Shown: positions 1 to 10,124, counted from the first letter of the stretch. The stretch is DNA of 64,000 nucleotides from an uncultured bacterium (GCA_963723125.1 CAVRPQ010000009.1:3045-67044); one strand, 5' to 3'. Notes: generated from the letters alone by a model not told the origin. Numbers and translations are program-made.

Positions 1-1
1 A

Positions 2-2110
2 ATTTCCCAAGAGCTGTGCGAACTGTTTTCCAAGAGGCGCGGCCAGATTGATGCCGCGTTGGACAAATTGCTTTCGGAAAGACCTGCGCTAAATGCTAGT
101 AATATTCAGGATCTGAGAGCGCGGCTCGCAGAAGGCGAAAGAACGCGGAAACAGAAAGACTTGAGCCGGGACGAACTGCGGACATTGTGGGAGGCGCAGT
201 TGAGCAAACCCGAGATTGCATCATTGCGCAGTGTTTCAGGTCAGCCAGAGCAAAACGAGAAGGAGGAAAACCGAACCACTGTCAGTGACGCCGTCCAGTG
301 GGCAGAGGAACATTTGTTCGACCGCAACTCGGTCGTGCTGGAATGCCAGGTATGGCAGGAGGCATTGGGCCGCGCGCGTGGTGAGAGGTTTTCCATTTCC
401 GAACTGAAGGAATTCACTCAACGGCGTGACTATATCCGGGACGATGCGCGGCCAGGCGAGATGACGCTGCGCGAGGTGTTGCTCCGCGAATGGGAAATCG
501 TTCAGACGGCAAAAGAGGGGGTTGCCGAGTGTCACGTATTGGTAGCCAATCCACAACCGTTGAATCCAAAGTTGGACGATGAGCAACGAAATGCACTGGA
601 TGTCCTGCTTGGTTCAACCAACAGAATTTCCATTTTTCGCGGCGGCGCTGGCACGGGGAAAAGTTTTGTGCTGCGGGATTTGGTTGAGCAAGTGCAACAG
701 TCCGGGCGGTGTGTGGTTGTTCTGGCGCCCCAGCGCCAACAGGTCGTGGACATGGAAAAGGCCGGTTTGCCGTCGCCGACAACGGTCGCAAATTTCCTGC
801 TCAAGCGGGAACTTGCGGACGGCGCCCTGATTGTAGTGGACGAGGCCGGTCAAATTGGCGGTCGGCAAATGCTCGAACTGCTGCGTCTCGCCCGCGAGAA
901 GAATGCCCGTCTGATTTTATCAGGCGACACCCGACAACACGGCGCGGTTGAGGCTTCGGACGCGCTGCTCGCCATTGAGCGACATTCTGGCGTCAAGCCA
1001 GTCGAACTGCACACGGTCCGCCGCCAAGACTCGTCGCTCGCTCGCACAATTTCCGAACGTGCCCGCATCAAGCAATATCGCAAAGCTGTCGAAGCGGCGG
1101 CGGCGGGCAAACTTGCCGAATCATTCAATCGTCTCGACACGCTAGGCGCAGTTGTCCAGTGCGGCTTGGGTGAGCAAGCTGACAAGCTCGCCGATGAATA
1201 CGTCCGGCTCGTGGAACAAAATGCTTCGGCGGTGGTTGTTTCACAGACTTGGGCGGAAGTTCATCGGGTCAATTCGCGCGTGCGGGATGTGCTCAAAGCG
1301 AAAGGATTGCTCGGCGCAAATGACACAACGATTCAGGCGCTCGACAAACTCGACCTCACCAACGCGCAAAAGCGCGACGAGCGGTTTTACCCGCCGGAGG
1401 CCGTTGTCGTGTTCAATCAGAAAGTCCACAAGACCGAGCCTGGGGTAAAAGGAAAACTGGCTGGCATCGTCAAGCTGGGAGTTCTCGTTGAGGTGGATGA
1501 AAAATTTGTCACTGTCGCAAACAAATTGCTGAATCGGATTACCGTTTGCCAACCGCGCGAAATCGCGCTTTCAGCCGGCGACCGGCTGCATCTCAAAGCC
1601 AACCGCAAACTTGCGTCCGGTGGCCGGGTCACAAACGGCGAACTCGTTTCGGTTAAATCTGTCCGCGCCGATGGAGCGGTCGAACTGGCCGATGGCCGGG
1701 TCTTGGACCAATCGTTCCGTGAATTTCTGCCCGGCTACGCGGTAACGTCCTACGGCTCGCAGGGCAAGACCGTGGATCACGTTTTGTTTTCCGATTCAAC
1801 CATCAAGGCGGCGACCAACGCACAGCAATGGTATGTAACCATTTCACGCGGGCGGCGCGGCATCCGCATCTTCACGCCGGACAAACAGCAACTCCGCGAG
1901 AATGTCACCCGGCCCGGCCACAGGCCGCTGGCGATGGAATTCGCAGCCGGTGTTGCTCCTCGCCGCGTGGTCCGCATTTGGGATCGGCTTCATGGCTATC
2001 TGCTTCGCTTTGGCCGTCGAGCCGCTGACAACTTTATCCGGCGGAAAATTGCCCGCCGCCATCATCGCAATCGTCAACCAGCACAAAAATATGAGCACAA
2101 AATCACCTGA
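2..2110 (+). CDS. MobF-family conjugative relaxase (TrwC/TraI-like), C-terminal helicase portion; the 5' end lies outside the window
   Basis: The frame is open from nt 2. It has Walker A GGAGTGKS and Walker B VVVDEAGQIG, and is collinear with the C-terminal ~700 residues of the complete paralog at 60305..63115. Confidence 0.85.
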   Translation: MSQELCELFSKRRGQIDAALDKLLSERPALNASNIQDLRARLAEGERTRKQKDLSRDELRTLWEAQLSKPEIASLRSVSGQPEQNEKEENRTTVSDAVQWAEEHLFDRNSVVLECQVWQEALGRARGERFSISELKEFTQRRDYIRDDARPGEMTLREVLLREWEIVQTAKEGVAECHVLVANPQPLNPKLDDEQRNALDVLLGSTNRISIFRGGAGTGKSFVLRDLVEQVQQSGRCVVVLAPQRQQVVDMEKAGLPSPTTVANFLLKRELADGALIVVDEAGQIGGRQMLELLRLAREKNARLILSGDTRQHGAVEASDALLAIERHSGVKPVELHTVRRQDSSLARTISERARIKQYRKAVEAAAAGKLAESFNRLDTLGAVVQCGLGEQADKLADEYVRLVEQNASAVVVSQTWAEVHRVNSRVRDVLKAKGLLGANDTTIQALDKLDLTNAQKRDERFYPPEAVVVFNQKVHKTEPGVKGKLAGIVKLGVLVEVDEKFVTVANKLLNRITVCQPREIALSAGDRLHLKANRKLASGGRVTNGELVSVKSVRADGAVELADGRVLDQSFREFLPGYAVTSYGSQGKTVDHVLFSDSTIKAATNAQQWYVTISRGRRGIRIFTPDKQQLRENVTRPGHRPLAMEFAAGVAPRRVVRIWDRLHGYLLRFGRRAADNFIRRKIARRHHRNRQPAQKYEHKIT

Positions 2111-2447
2111 ATGTTGGGCGAACGACAACCAAGCGCGTGCCGTTCGCATAGAAATATCTCCAGAGCAATCGTTACTGCTTCCACATGACGACTTTGCCTT
2201 TGCCGAACTCAAGCGTGAGGGTAAGGAACAAGTTCTCCGGCTGGTCTTCGCCATGCACGAGGTAATGGTGCGCGGATATTCCCTGCGGCGCATCGAGACG
2301 GCAATGCAACGGATGGAATTGTCGCTCCTGACAAAATTGCCAAGCAGCCAGCGGTCTCTTGTCCCAGACGGACAGCCGTTCGTTCTCGAAATCGTCATTA
2401 CAGAAACAACGAGCAGAGAAACGGAGCCAGCCAACGGTTCCAATTGA
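2091..2447 (+). CDS. small conserved relaxase-associated protein of unknown function (~118 aa)
   Basis: An ATG at 2091 overlaps the relaxase 3' end. The product is a clear paralog of 59983..60339 (shared LRLVFA.HE....G..LRRIETA...EL), which sits in the same position after the second relaxase. Confidence 0.7.
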   Translation: MSTKSPECWANDNQARAVRIEISPEQSLLLPHDDFAFAELKREGKEQVLRLVFAMHEVMVRGYSLRRIETAMQRMELSLLTKLPSSQRSLVPDGQPFVLEIVITETTSRETEPANGSN

Positions 2448-2505
2448 GCGAAATATTGGCTTCCGGAATCCCGTATCCGCCGCTGTTCCGTTCCGCAATC
2501 AAAGT

Positions 2506-2604
2506 TTAGACATTTTTACTGCACCACTCTCGGCGGCCCAATTTGGACCGTCCAAGCGGGCAGTTGCTCAAAACGAGCGCGAGGCTGGGGGCCTTGAGTT
2601 TCAC
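2506..2604 (-). pseudogene. relic signal-peptide cassette at the left end of the first gene string (GTG in place of ATG)
   Basis: The sequence ...gctcaaaacgagcgcgaggctgggggccttgagtttcac matches the cassette consensus. Its start position overlaps the stop of 2601..3764 as GTGA. The downstream reading is short and unrelated to any neighbouring gene. Confidence 0.5.
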
Positions 2605-3764
2605 TTAGATTCAGATTTTTTTAATGCGCGCATTTGGCGCTCCAGTTCGATCTGGCGGTTTTCAAATTCACCAGGGTTCATAATATCCACGCGCGTGCCT
2701 TCTTTGATTATTCCCCGTTGCAGCAAAGTTGGATTCAGCCGGACAATGACTGCACGCCAAGCTGCCATTGCCCGGTTGTTCATGGCTCTTCGTTCGGCTT
2801 CAACAGGCCAATCTTGCCAGCCTGGCCAATAGTAACTAAGTCGGGAAATAATCTTTTTGAGCGTGTCATCCTTTTCCGCCAACAAATAACGATTTCTTTG
2901 AATGACTTGGAAGTAAGCTGGGAAACTCCCTGTCAGCATGTAATCACTGCATATTGTCACATCAGGTTGCGGGTCTGTTTCGTCGGCGTCCATACTGTAT
3001 GGTGTGGTGACATCTTCGCAGTGGAAACGAATTTGCAGTGGCAGTTTATTCGTTGAAGTTGCATTCCACACAACCTGCGATTCAACCGTGTTGTAACCGC
3101 CTTTTGCGGAGCCTTCTTCCGGTCCCTCGCCAAGAAAATGCCAGTGTTTGGAGCGATCTTCCCAGATATAAATCCGCCTGCCGTAATCCGCAAGGCCGTT
3201 GCCCGAAGACATCTCACGCTGCCAACCGATTTCATAGACAGTTCCCAGCCGATCATTTGCCGACTTGATTATGACATAGTTGCCCCGGTCGCCATTGTCG
3301 GCGGCCCAAGGGAGGGCTTTTTGTAATGGCATGTCTGCGCGCAGATTGTAATTCCCAAACTGTCGCCACCAATCTTCACGGCTCCATAAGGCGTCACAGC
3401 CTTCTGTTCTGTCGTCCTTCACTAAAATCCATTGCCCTGATTGATTGGTTGGCTGATAAATGTAAGCCTCGTCCAAAATAAATCTCGGTTGGCCATTGGT
3501 ATCCTTCTCGATCCATATCATGTCGCAACCGTTCCAGGCGAAAGTTGGTCTGACCATTTTGACGAGCGCCAGCCAGCAATCCGCCGATGCGCGAATGGAA
3601 AAACTTTTGCCTAAGCCAGTTATTACGACTCCGTCGGCTAATGGCGAATTCCCGGTTGAATAATCAAAAATCTCCGTTTGAGCGGCAGGCGATGCGCCGG
3701 CGGGAAAAGCGCGAAAGCTGCTGTCCATAACGAGCGCGAAGCAAAGGAGAAGTTTGATTTTCAT
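2601..3764 (-). CDS. exported protein of unknown function (387 aa)
   Basis: Long ORF with the N-terminal signal peptide MKIKLLLCFALV, encoded by a diverged copy of the cassette. A LysM-like C-terminal segment is possible but weakly supported. Confidence 0.7.
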   Translation of the reverse strand: MKIKLLLCFALVMDSSFRAFPAGASPAAQTEIFDYSTGNSPLADGVVITGLGKSFSIRASADCWLALVKMVRPTFAWNGCDMIWIEKDTNGQPRFILDEAYIYQPTNQSGQWILVKDDRTEGCDALWSREDWWRQFGNYNLRADMPLQKALPWAADNGDRGNYVIIKSANDRLGTVYEIGWQREMSSGNGLADYGRRIYIWEDRSKHWHFLGEGPEEGSAKGGYNTVESQVVWNATSTNKLPLQIRFHCEDVTTPYSMDADETDPQPDVTICSDYMLTGSFPAYFQVIQRNRYLLAEKDDTLKKIISRLSYYWPGWQDWPVEAERRAMNNRAMAAWRAVIVRLNPTLLQRGIIKEGTRVDIMNPGEFENRQIELERQMRALKKSESK

Positions 3765-3770
3765 GGCTTG

Positions 3771-4331
3771 TTATTTCACCCGTTCAAAAATCTTGCCGCT
3801 CAATGTATAAACGGTCTCTGGATGCTCGGTAGCGCTGATGTGCCAGGTTGTTACAAATCCAATTTTCCCGTTTGAATTGGTCCATCTGAACGTGTTGCCT
3901 TCACCGATTCCAATCAGTTCAAACCCGTGTTCTTTTCCGTCACCTGTGTAACCTGTCGGCTTGATGAGTGGACGCAAGATATAATAGTCGCCGTTGCCCT
4001 GAGCGCCTCGAATGTGGTCATAAATCCCACCATCATAAAAGTGAGGCGTGACGAGATAAACATAGGGAATCTGATCGTTCACCAAACCCACGATTTCGGT
4101 CGTTGTGTCGGAAGCCATTGCCAAGACCGTGCTTGCATTTTGGGGTACGCCATCGCCGCCATTGGCACGTGAGGCGATAAAAGCATAAAGCTCGCGATAA
4201 TTTTTGAACTGGATTGGCAGCTTTGGATTTGTGTCCGGGTTGTCTGCACTCCAATGCGTCGTCGAGCAACCAAACAAACCGCCGCTTATAATAAGCGCAA
4301 GGCAGGAGAAAAATGCGCTTTTCATGATCAT
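3771..4331 (-). CDS. putative lipoprotein of unknown function
   Basis: The signal MIMKSAFFSCLALIISGGLFGC has a lipobox-like LFGC. The start is chosen at the first ATG; the ORF track begins at an upstream TTG (4346). Confidence 0.65.
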   Translation of the reverse strand: MIMKSAFFSCLALIISGGLFGCSTTHWSADNPDTNPKLPIQFKNYRELYAFIASRANGGDGVPQNASTVLAMASDTTTEIVGLVNDQIPYVYLVTPHFYDGGIYDHIRGAQGNGDYYILRPLIKPTGYTGDGKEHGFELIGIGEGNTFRWTNSNGKIGFVTTWHISATEHPETVYTLSGKIFERVK

Positions 4332-4342
4332 GCAAAGTCGCC

Positions 4343-6115
4343 TCAAAGCGGTATGGCGTATGCCGTGCAGAATTGCTGGAGTTTTTCAGGATCCCCGAAG
4401 AAATAGAGAGTAAACCCATCTTCGGAGGGTACTCCCACGAGCCGCTGCGTCTTCGACGCCTCTTCCAGCGCGGAATTTACAGCAGCCTCAACCGCCTGAA
4501 TGTCATAATCCCGTTGAGAAGCAAAAGTTTCGAATTCATAGAGTTGAAAGCCCACCACAAAACTCACTTGATAAAATTCTTCTTCCAATGGAAGCGGCTC
4601 CAGCGATTTGGCAATGCGTTCCTGATTCAACTTGGCCGTGAATTCAGGATCATTTACCGGCTTTTTAATCGTAACTTGCCGGCAAAATCCGGGCATGAAA
4701 ACTCCGTCGGTGATTCCAGAGAATTTCGCCAGTAAATCGCAATGGTTGGGCGGACGATTCTCGGCTTCGGAGGGGACCTGGCGCAAGATGTTGGCCGCCC
4801 GCAAAACCTCATGAAATATATCCGCATCAACAACAGGCACGGTTTGCTCCTGCCGCACTTTCTCGATCAGCGAATCGTCTGGCACGGTTTCGATCAAGCC
4901 GCATTTTTTGAGGGCTTGCAGCGTATCCTGAATCGTCCAACGGTTCAGTTCCCACATGGCGTGCATTCGGACGGACGGCCATAGCCGGGGTAACTCCGTA
5001 ACGATCAGCGAGCGTCCAGCTTCCTTGCCGTGCTCCAAAATGAGGTCCACGACTGCATTGTTGATGTTAAGATTCTTCCGCTTGGCTGCCAGGGCTTCCA
5101 AGACCAACCGGACGAGTGCATTCCAGTCCTTTTCGGAGGCCGAGATCGCGAAAGCACGCAAAAATGATTTACTCAACGCCCAATGGTCCAAGTGCGGAGC
5201 CAGCCGCTCTACAGCCAGAGATGGTTTTAATCGGGCAATGGCCTCAAGCGCCCTGTATTGGCTCACACTCTCGGTTGCGTGCTCCAAAATAGACTCAAAT
5301 GCTGGCAAGTCCCGGACGATGCCAATTTCACTGAACAATGCCAAGTTCTCCGGCCTGTATTTATGTTTGTTTTCCGAATGAAGAAAGAAATCCTCAATTG
5401 CGCTGCGGGCTTTTGCTGCGATTGCGGAAGATCCGTTTTTGGCGACCTTATTCAGGCCGATAAGGGACCAATGAGAGTCTTCTACGTTTGTGGTTTGATT
5501 CAAAAACTTCAGAACCATGTCAATGTGCTTTTCCGAGCAATCATGTGTTAAAAGCCAAAACGCAACTCGGCTCCGGTTTGGACAATCGTCAGATTCAAGC
5601 AATTTTTCAAAGGCGGGAAGACATCCCTCCACTTTGATAATACCACACGCTTGGATCGCCATGTTGCGAATGCGTGAATCGCTGTCATGCAAAAGTGAAA
5701 GTAACAACTCTTTTTCCGCCTCGTTGCGAGGCGGGGCTTCTTGGACATCCCAATTTAACAACGCCATCCAACGCGATTGCGGGTCTGGATTTCGCAAATG
5801 CGTAATGATGAAATCGTGCCCGGAGAGAACTCCCAAGCGAGCCAGATAGCCGGCAATTCGCATCCGCCGTTCCATGTCGTTTGGCTCTGCGTTCTCAAAA
5901 GACTCAAGTATCTGCGGAACAAATTCTGCCTTCCGACGGGTCAATTCCGGCCAAATTTGCCACGGAGTCCAGCCTTCTTTTTTGAGTGTATCTATTGCTG
6001 CTTCTACGCCTGTGAGCGGTTTAGGGCTGGCTTTAACAGCCTTGACGCGTTCAGTCAATTCAGCCGGCGTCAATTCCCGGATGCGAATTTCGGTTCTAGT
6101 GTTATGCTTCGACAT
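4343..6115 (-). CDS. HEAT/ARM-repeat protein, cytoplasmic (590 aa)
   Basis: No signal peptide. It contains repeated helical-pair segments (e.g. DSRIRNMAIQACGIIK, LLESDDCPNRSRVAFWLL). The assignment is from pattern only. Confidence 0.55.
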   Translation of the reverse strand: MSKHNTRTEIRIRELTPAELTERVKAVKASPKPLTGVEAAIDTLKKEGWTPWQIWPELTRRKAEFVPQILESFENAEPNDMERRMRIAGYLARLGVLSGHDFIITHLRNPDPQSRWMALLNWDVQEAPPRNEAEKELLLSLLHDSDSRIRNMAIQACGIIKVEGCLPAFEKLLESDDCPNRSRVAFWLLTHDCSEKHIDMVLKFLNQTTNVEDSHWSLIGLNKVAKNGSSAIAAKARSAIEDFFLHSENKHKYRPENLALFSEIGIVRDLPAFESILEHATESVSQYRALEAIARLKPSLAVERLAPHLDHWALSKSFLRAFAISASEKDWNALVRLVLEALAAKRKNLNINNAVVDLILEHGKEAGRSLIVTELPRLWPSVRMHAMWELNRWTIQDTLQALKKCGLIETVPDDSLIEKVRQEQTVPVVDADIFHEVLRAANILRQVPSEAENRPPNHCDLLAKFSGITDGVFMPGFCRQVTIKKPVNDPEFTAKLNQERIAKSLEPLPLEEEFYQVSFVVGFQLYEFETFASQRDYDIQAVEAAVNSALEEASKTQRLVGVPSEDGFTLYFFGDPEKLQQFCTAYAIPL

Positions 6116-6148
6116 TTTAAAATAACTCGTTCGGCTCGTTTTCGAGGT

Positions 6149-6718
6149 TTACGATGGCGATTGCCAGAACCATAATTTCTTCTCTTGTAACTTGATGGCA
6201 TCGTCGGTAATTCGTTGATTGTTCAATCCGCCATGCGCGGCAATCATTTTTTCGATAAGCTCTTCTTGCTTTAGCCAGTCAGACCTTGGCTTCGTATCAA
6301 ACGAAACGCGCGACAGCCACGAAGGTACGCTGGCTTTATTTAGGCTGAAATCAAAAGCGACCGCCCTGACCGGCTTATCGCCCACAGTTTTAGTGATCAT
6401 CGAGCAAACAAATATTTCACCATCTTTTGTCCATTGCCCGCTGGAAAAATAAGCGTCCGGCGCCCACCAAACATTGGCAACGAATTGCGGCCTTCGCCCG
6501 GCCGGTTTTACGCAGAATGACAAATCTCGATCCAGAAATCCGCCATCATAAAACCATACTTTATTTTCCGGATCGGCTGGTGAATCAAACACTGCGCGCC
6601 TGCCATCGTCCCAGTTCAAAATAGTCTGTTTTGCGAAAAGCCAAACGGACAGGCATCCAATCAATACCATCAGGGACGCGGCCATGAGAAAACGCTTTGA
6701 TTTAGGGAATGACATCAT
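6149..6718 (-). CDS. membrane-anchored protein of unknown function (189 aa)
   Basis: N-terminal hydrophobic anchor FLMAASLMVLIGCLSVWLF. The start overlaps the upstream stop by 4 nt. Confidence 0.6.
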   Translation of the reverse strand: MMSFPKSKRFLMAASLMVLIGCLSVWLFAKQTILNWDDGRRAVFDSPADPENKVWFYDGGFLDRDLSFCVKPAGRRPQFVANVWWAPDAYFSSGQWTKDGEIFVCSMITKTVGDKPVRAVAFDFSLNKASVPSWLSRVSFDTKPRSDWLKQEELIEKMIAAHGGLNNQRITDDAIKLQEKKLWFWQSPS

Positions 6719-7857
6719 TTGAACAAATGTCGGTTCTTCCGAACGTAATCCATCGTTTTGCGGTAAAGCCGTTCATCTGTTGAAAGGTCAGAGTGGTCGG
6801 TGAAATCAAATTCGCGTGCATAAAGTTTGTTTTCGGTCTCCTCATCCAAGGCTACGTAATCAGCATCGAGATCAAATGGATCTCGCCCTATGGTTCGACC
6901 ATACTCGCGCATGATGGTAATGCACTGCCACAGTTCCCTAGCGAAAGCAGGCTCGTCTATCGCATCCATCAATTCAGCACATGGCACGAGTGCCCACCGC
7001 GCGTTACCATCGAAGGTATTAATGCCATTCGTCAGACAATTGCCTGTGAAATCCGAAAGTGATAGAACCCTCAATTCTATGGGTGATAGTTTGCGGAGAC
7101 CATGCTTTTGGATGGCAGCACACAAAGCCCAATATGCCTTTTCCAAATTTTCCATTTTAAGAAAATCATCCACGTTGTAATTGAATTGCTCAACTTCGGT
7201 GACCGGTTCAAGTAGTTTGGCAAGTGGCGCACGGCCTTCAGACCGGTCGTAAGCGTAATGGAGTGCCTTTTTTCCGTCTCGCGTTCTGCGATTGGGATCA
7301 GCGCCTTTTGCAAGAAGCAATTCAACGATTTCCGGACTGCCCCGCCGGGTCGCCTCTTGCAACAACGTATGCCCCGCCAAATCAACCGTTCGATTGGGGT
7401 TTGCCCGAAACGCCAACAGTAACCTGACAATCTGAACCTTGTCCGTAAACATGGCATTTTCCATCAATCCCTTCAGGTCCGGCAAAACGCCTTGGTTCAA
7501 GCATTCCCTTAATTTGTCAGTCTCTCCCTTGTACGCATAAATTGTGGCGTCTAACTCAATAGTTTTCAAAAATGGGCTGATGGTGTGCGTGAAATGAACC
7601 TTCGGGTACAATTCTAGCGATTTGTAAAACGTCGGTCGCTGCCACTTGAGCCGCTTTTCGGCCAGATACCAGCGCAGTTTTTTCCAGAACTCGTACAGCT
7701 TCACCAGCACGAGCAAGGGGAGCAATAGCAGATTGAGCAGATAGGATTTGGCAGATGTTCTTTTCATTCGGCGACGACTCGCGTCCAACATTTTCGAAAT
7801 TGTGTATTCAACATCTTGGCCTTCGTGCATCCATTTGTGGTCAAAAACGTTCGTCAT
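6715..7857 (-). CDS. ankyrin-repeat protein with an N-terminal TM segment and a C-terminal helical domain
   Basis: ANK consensus segments ([37 protein letters not shown]) and the TM segment LLNLLLLPLLVLV. Confidence 0.7.
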   Translation of the reverse strand: MTNVFDHKWMHEGQDVEYTISKMLDASRRRMKRTSAKSYLLNLLLLPLLVLVKLYEFWKKLRWYLAEKRLKWQRPTFYKSLELYPKVHFTHTISPFLKTIELDATIYAYKGETDKLRECLNQGVLPDLKGLMENAMFTDKVQIVRLLLAFRANPNRTVDLAGHTLLQEATRRGSPEIVELLLAKGADPNRRTRDGKKALHYAYDRSEGRAPLAKLLEPVTEVEQFNYNVDDFLKMENLEKAYWALCAAIQKHGLRKLSPIELRVLSLSDFTGNCLTNGINTFDGNARWALVPCAELMDAIDEPAFARELWQCITIMREYGRTIGRDPFDLDADYVALDEETENKLYAREFDFTDHSDLSTDERLYRKTMDYVRKNRHLFK

Positions 7858-9347
7858 GGCGCAATTAAGCGGAAGAAGATATTACTCGGCGACAGCGGGA
7901 TAATGATATTATTGCCTGTCTCATTGGTGATGACCGGGAAATCAGACGTTACCCAGTTTGTAGTGTTTAAGTCGCCGTTTTGCTGCAAGACAAAGCCGCT
8001 TGAAGGGTATGGCCACGAAACAGAGATGCTGTTGCTCATATTCGTGATGGTCAACGCGACGAGCGGATTGAATGGTACGGTAAATGTCGTGACAGTTCTG
8101 GAAGGTAATGTAAGCCGGAAAATGTTGGAATCGGTCACGCCGGCAATTCCGGTGGTCGTACCGCTGGAGGTCCACTGAGTGTAGCTAACATTTCCGGTGA
8201 TTTCTCCGCTCATCAGACGAAAACCATAATCGTTGTAAACGTTAGTGCTGTCGTTGATCGCCCACACAACCAGACGTGAGGCTGTAACAAAGGCGCGGGT
8301 GATTAATTGACCGGGCATTGAGGCGCTTGGACCGTCAATGTCATCCATGTAAATGGGACGGGTATTGAGGAGGTTGGTCGTGAGGGCCAACTCCATTTGG
8401 GCTTGAATAGCACCCGCGTCTCCAAAAGCCCACCAGACGTAAGCGCTTAGTCCGCTATCGGTGCCATCAAAAATGGCGCCAATGTTCTGCTGTGCCTCGT
8501 CAATTGCGTCAGCAGGACTGCTCAGTTCTTGCCAATGCACTTCACTGTTCCAGACCGGGAGGTTGCCCGCCAACTGCACCAGGCTCTGCAACTTGCCGAT
8601 GGGGCGGTTCTGCGGGTAATAGTGAGTCCCGACGATGCTCAGGAGGCTGCTCCACCCGTTCATGTTCATGTTCGTCAACCAATTGGTATCGGGAGCGTAA
8701 CTTTCCGGTCCGATCAGCGCCTTGGGCATCACGAAGCCTCGGCTGACGGACAGGGAGGCAAGATTTGTAACAATTTGATCAAAGACGGACGCGGTAATAT
8801 TGCCTTCGTTATAGGTGCGCTCGTTATCTAATCCCAGGACATCAATTGTAAAACCGTTGCTTTGCATGAATTGCAAATAATCGGCCAACATCGCGGCATA
8901 CTGGGACGGGATCACTCCGTTGCTGTTCTTCGTCCACGCTGGAAAGCTGTTCTGGCCATCCAGCTTCTTGCTGGCTAACAGAATCACGTTGCTGTTGGCA
9001 GCGCGGCCATTGGTCATGGCGTAAAGAGTGTCGCCATAATAACTCCCAATCACGACACCTGAAGATGGATGGGCGGGGTCAGCGGCATCGCCGTAGATCG
9101 GAATGCGTAAGCAGTTCATTCGGTCGGTGACAAAGAGAGTTTGCGCGTAATCCGGTGTGACGCCCGCTGCTTTTCCGCCCTCTTTGATGTCATAGCCCCA
9201 ACCTGTGATAAGTTGCCCTTGCATCGTCGGATCAATGATCGCGTCTCCACCAGTGGCCGCCGAGCCGGACAAGGGCACAAGAGGAGCAACACTCAAGATT
9301 GCTGCGGCGAAACAGCGTCGTGTCCAGAGAATGAGTTCACATTTCAT
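7854..9347 (-). CDS. secreted glycoside-hydrolase-like protein (clan GH-A / GH30-like by pattern) with a C-terminal beta-sandwich tail ending FFRLIAP
   Basis: Signal peptide after the ATG at 9347. LGLDNERTY and VWNSEVHW resemble the acid/base and nucleophile strands of (beta/alpha)8 glycosidases. The family assignment is unverified. Confidence 0.45.
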   Translation of the reverse strand: MKCELILWTRRCFAAAILSVAPLVPLSGSAATGGDAIIDPTMQGQLITGWGYDIKEGGKAAGVTPDYAQTLFVTDRMNCLRIPIYGDAADPAHPSSGVVIGSYYGDTLYAMTNGRAANSNVILLASKKLDGQNSFPAWTKNSNGVIPSQYAAMLADYLQFMQSNGFTIDVLGLDNERTYNEGNITASVFDQIVTNLASLSVSRGFVMPKALIGPESYAPDTNWLTNMNMNGWSSLLSIVGTHYYPQNRPIGKLQSLVQLAGNLPVWNSEVHWQELSSPADAIDEAQQNIGAIFDGTDSGLSAYVWWAFGDAGAIQAQMELALTTNLLNTRPIYMDDIDGPSASMPGQLITRAFVTASRLVVWAINDSTNVYNDYGFRLMSGEITGNVSYTQWTSSGTTTGIAGVTDSNIFRLTLPSRTVTTFTVPFNPLVALTITNMSNSISVSWPYPSSGFVLQQNGDLNTTNWVTSDFPVITNETGNNIIIPLSPSNIFFRLIAP

Positions 9348-9971
9348 AGTTTCAGTAGCCGGGGGAATTCCAGTTCCATCGCTGCCACTCATCCCAGACA
9401 GACATAGTGTCTTTGTCGTTGTTCGCCGTATTCTTCGCAACGTCCAAGTCCGTCGGGCGGCTTTCCGCCGTGCCGGATACAAACAATGGTTTCCTCAGCT
9501 TCACCGGAAGTCCCGGCTGAAGGAAGCGAATTGATTTGTCCATCACCGCTGATGCAAACCGACAAGCCGACAAACAACACGACGAACGATTTTTTATGCT
9601 TCTTTGGTTCTTTTGGTTCTATTTTAACGCAAGACCTTGCCCAAATTCATCCTGCGCCGCAATAAAAAATCGCTCGTCATTACACAAAAGAAATATTTCA
9701 CGGAACACTATTACTCTCCCCTTTCGGCACGGGCGGCTTTTGATCCGCTCCGGCGGCACAGATCATGGTTCATTCTCTTCCTCTTGTTCAGGGTTAAAGG
9801 GCACCCTTGCTACTACGTAATTTTGCAGAGGCTTGGAATCGGCTGACAAAGTAAGAATCCATGACCAGAATGGCGGCAAGCAGTTGGGCAATGAGCGTCT
9901 CTTGGCGGGGAAAATCGAAAACCACAAACCCGCCCAAGGAGGAATTAGATTTGCCAGCACCGAAGAATTGA

Positions 9972-10124
9972 ATGGTGGCCTTGGGGAGAGCACTTGCGGA
10001 CAAGTTGCGCAGATTGCCGAGCAGCCAGCGTTCTTTGATCGCTGACGGTCAGCCGGTCGTCCTCGAAATTGTCGTTATGGAAACCGCGAAACAGGAATCG
10101 CCGCCAGTAAATAGCTCAAATTGA
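9972..10124 (+). pseudogene. 3' stub of a third copy of the relaxase-associated small gene
   Basis: The in-frame reading ...KLRRLPSSQRSLIADGQPVVLEIVVMETAKQESPPVNSSN* aligns with the C-terminus LTKLPSSQRSLVPDGQPFVLEIVITETTSRETEPANGSN* of 2091..2447. The flank ttgagc..a..ttggcttnc is also shared. No upstream part of the gene and no relaxase are present. Confidence 0.75.

Noticed and set aside
9352-9600. Small ORFs upstream of the glycosidase-like gene (9352-9573, and 9389-9580 with a lipoprotein-like VLFVGLSVCISG)
   Set aside because: They overlap one another in different frames, the one checked (9389-9580) starts at GTG, and they have no recognisable motif or conservation evidence. The support is not enough to call them.
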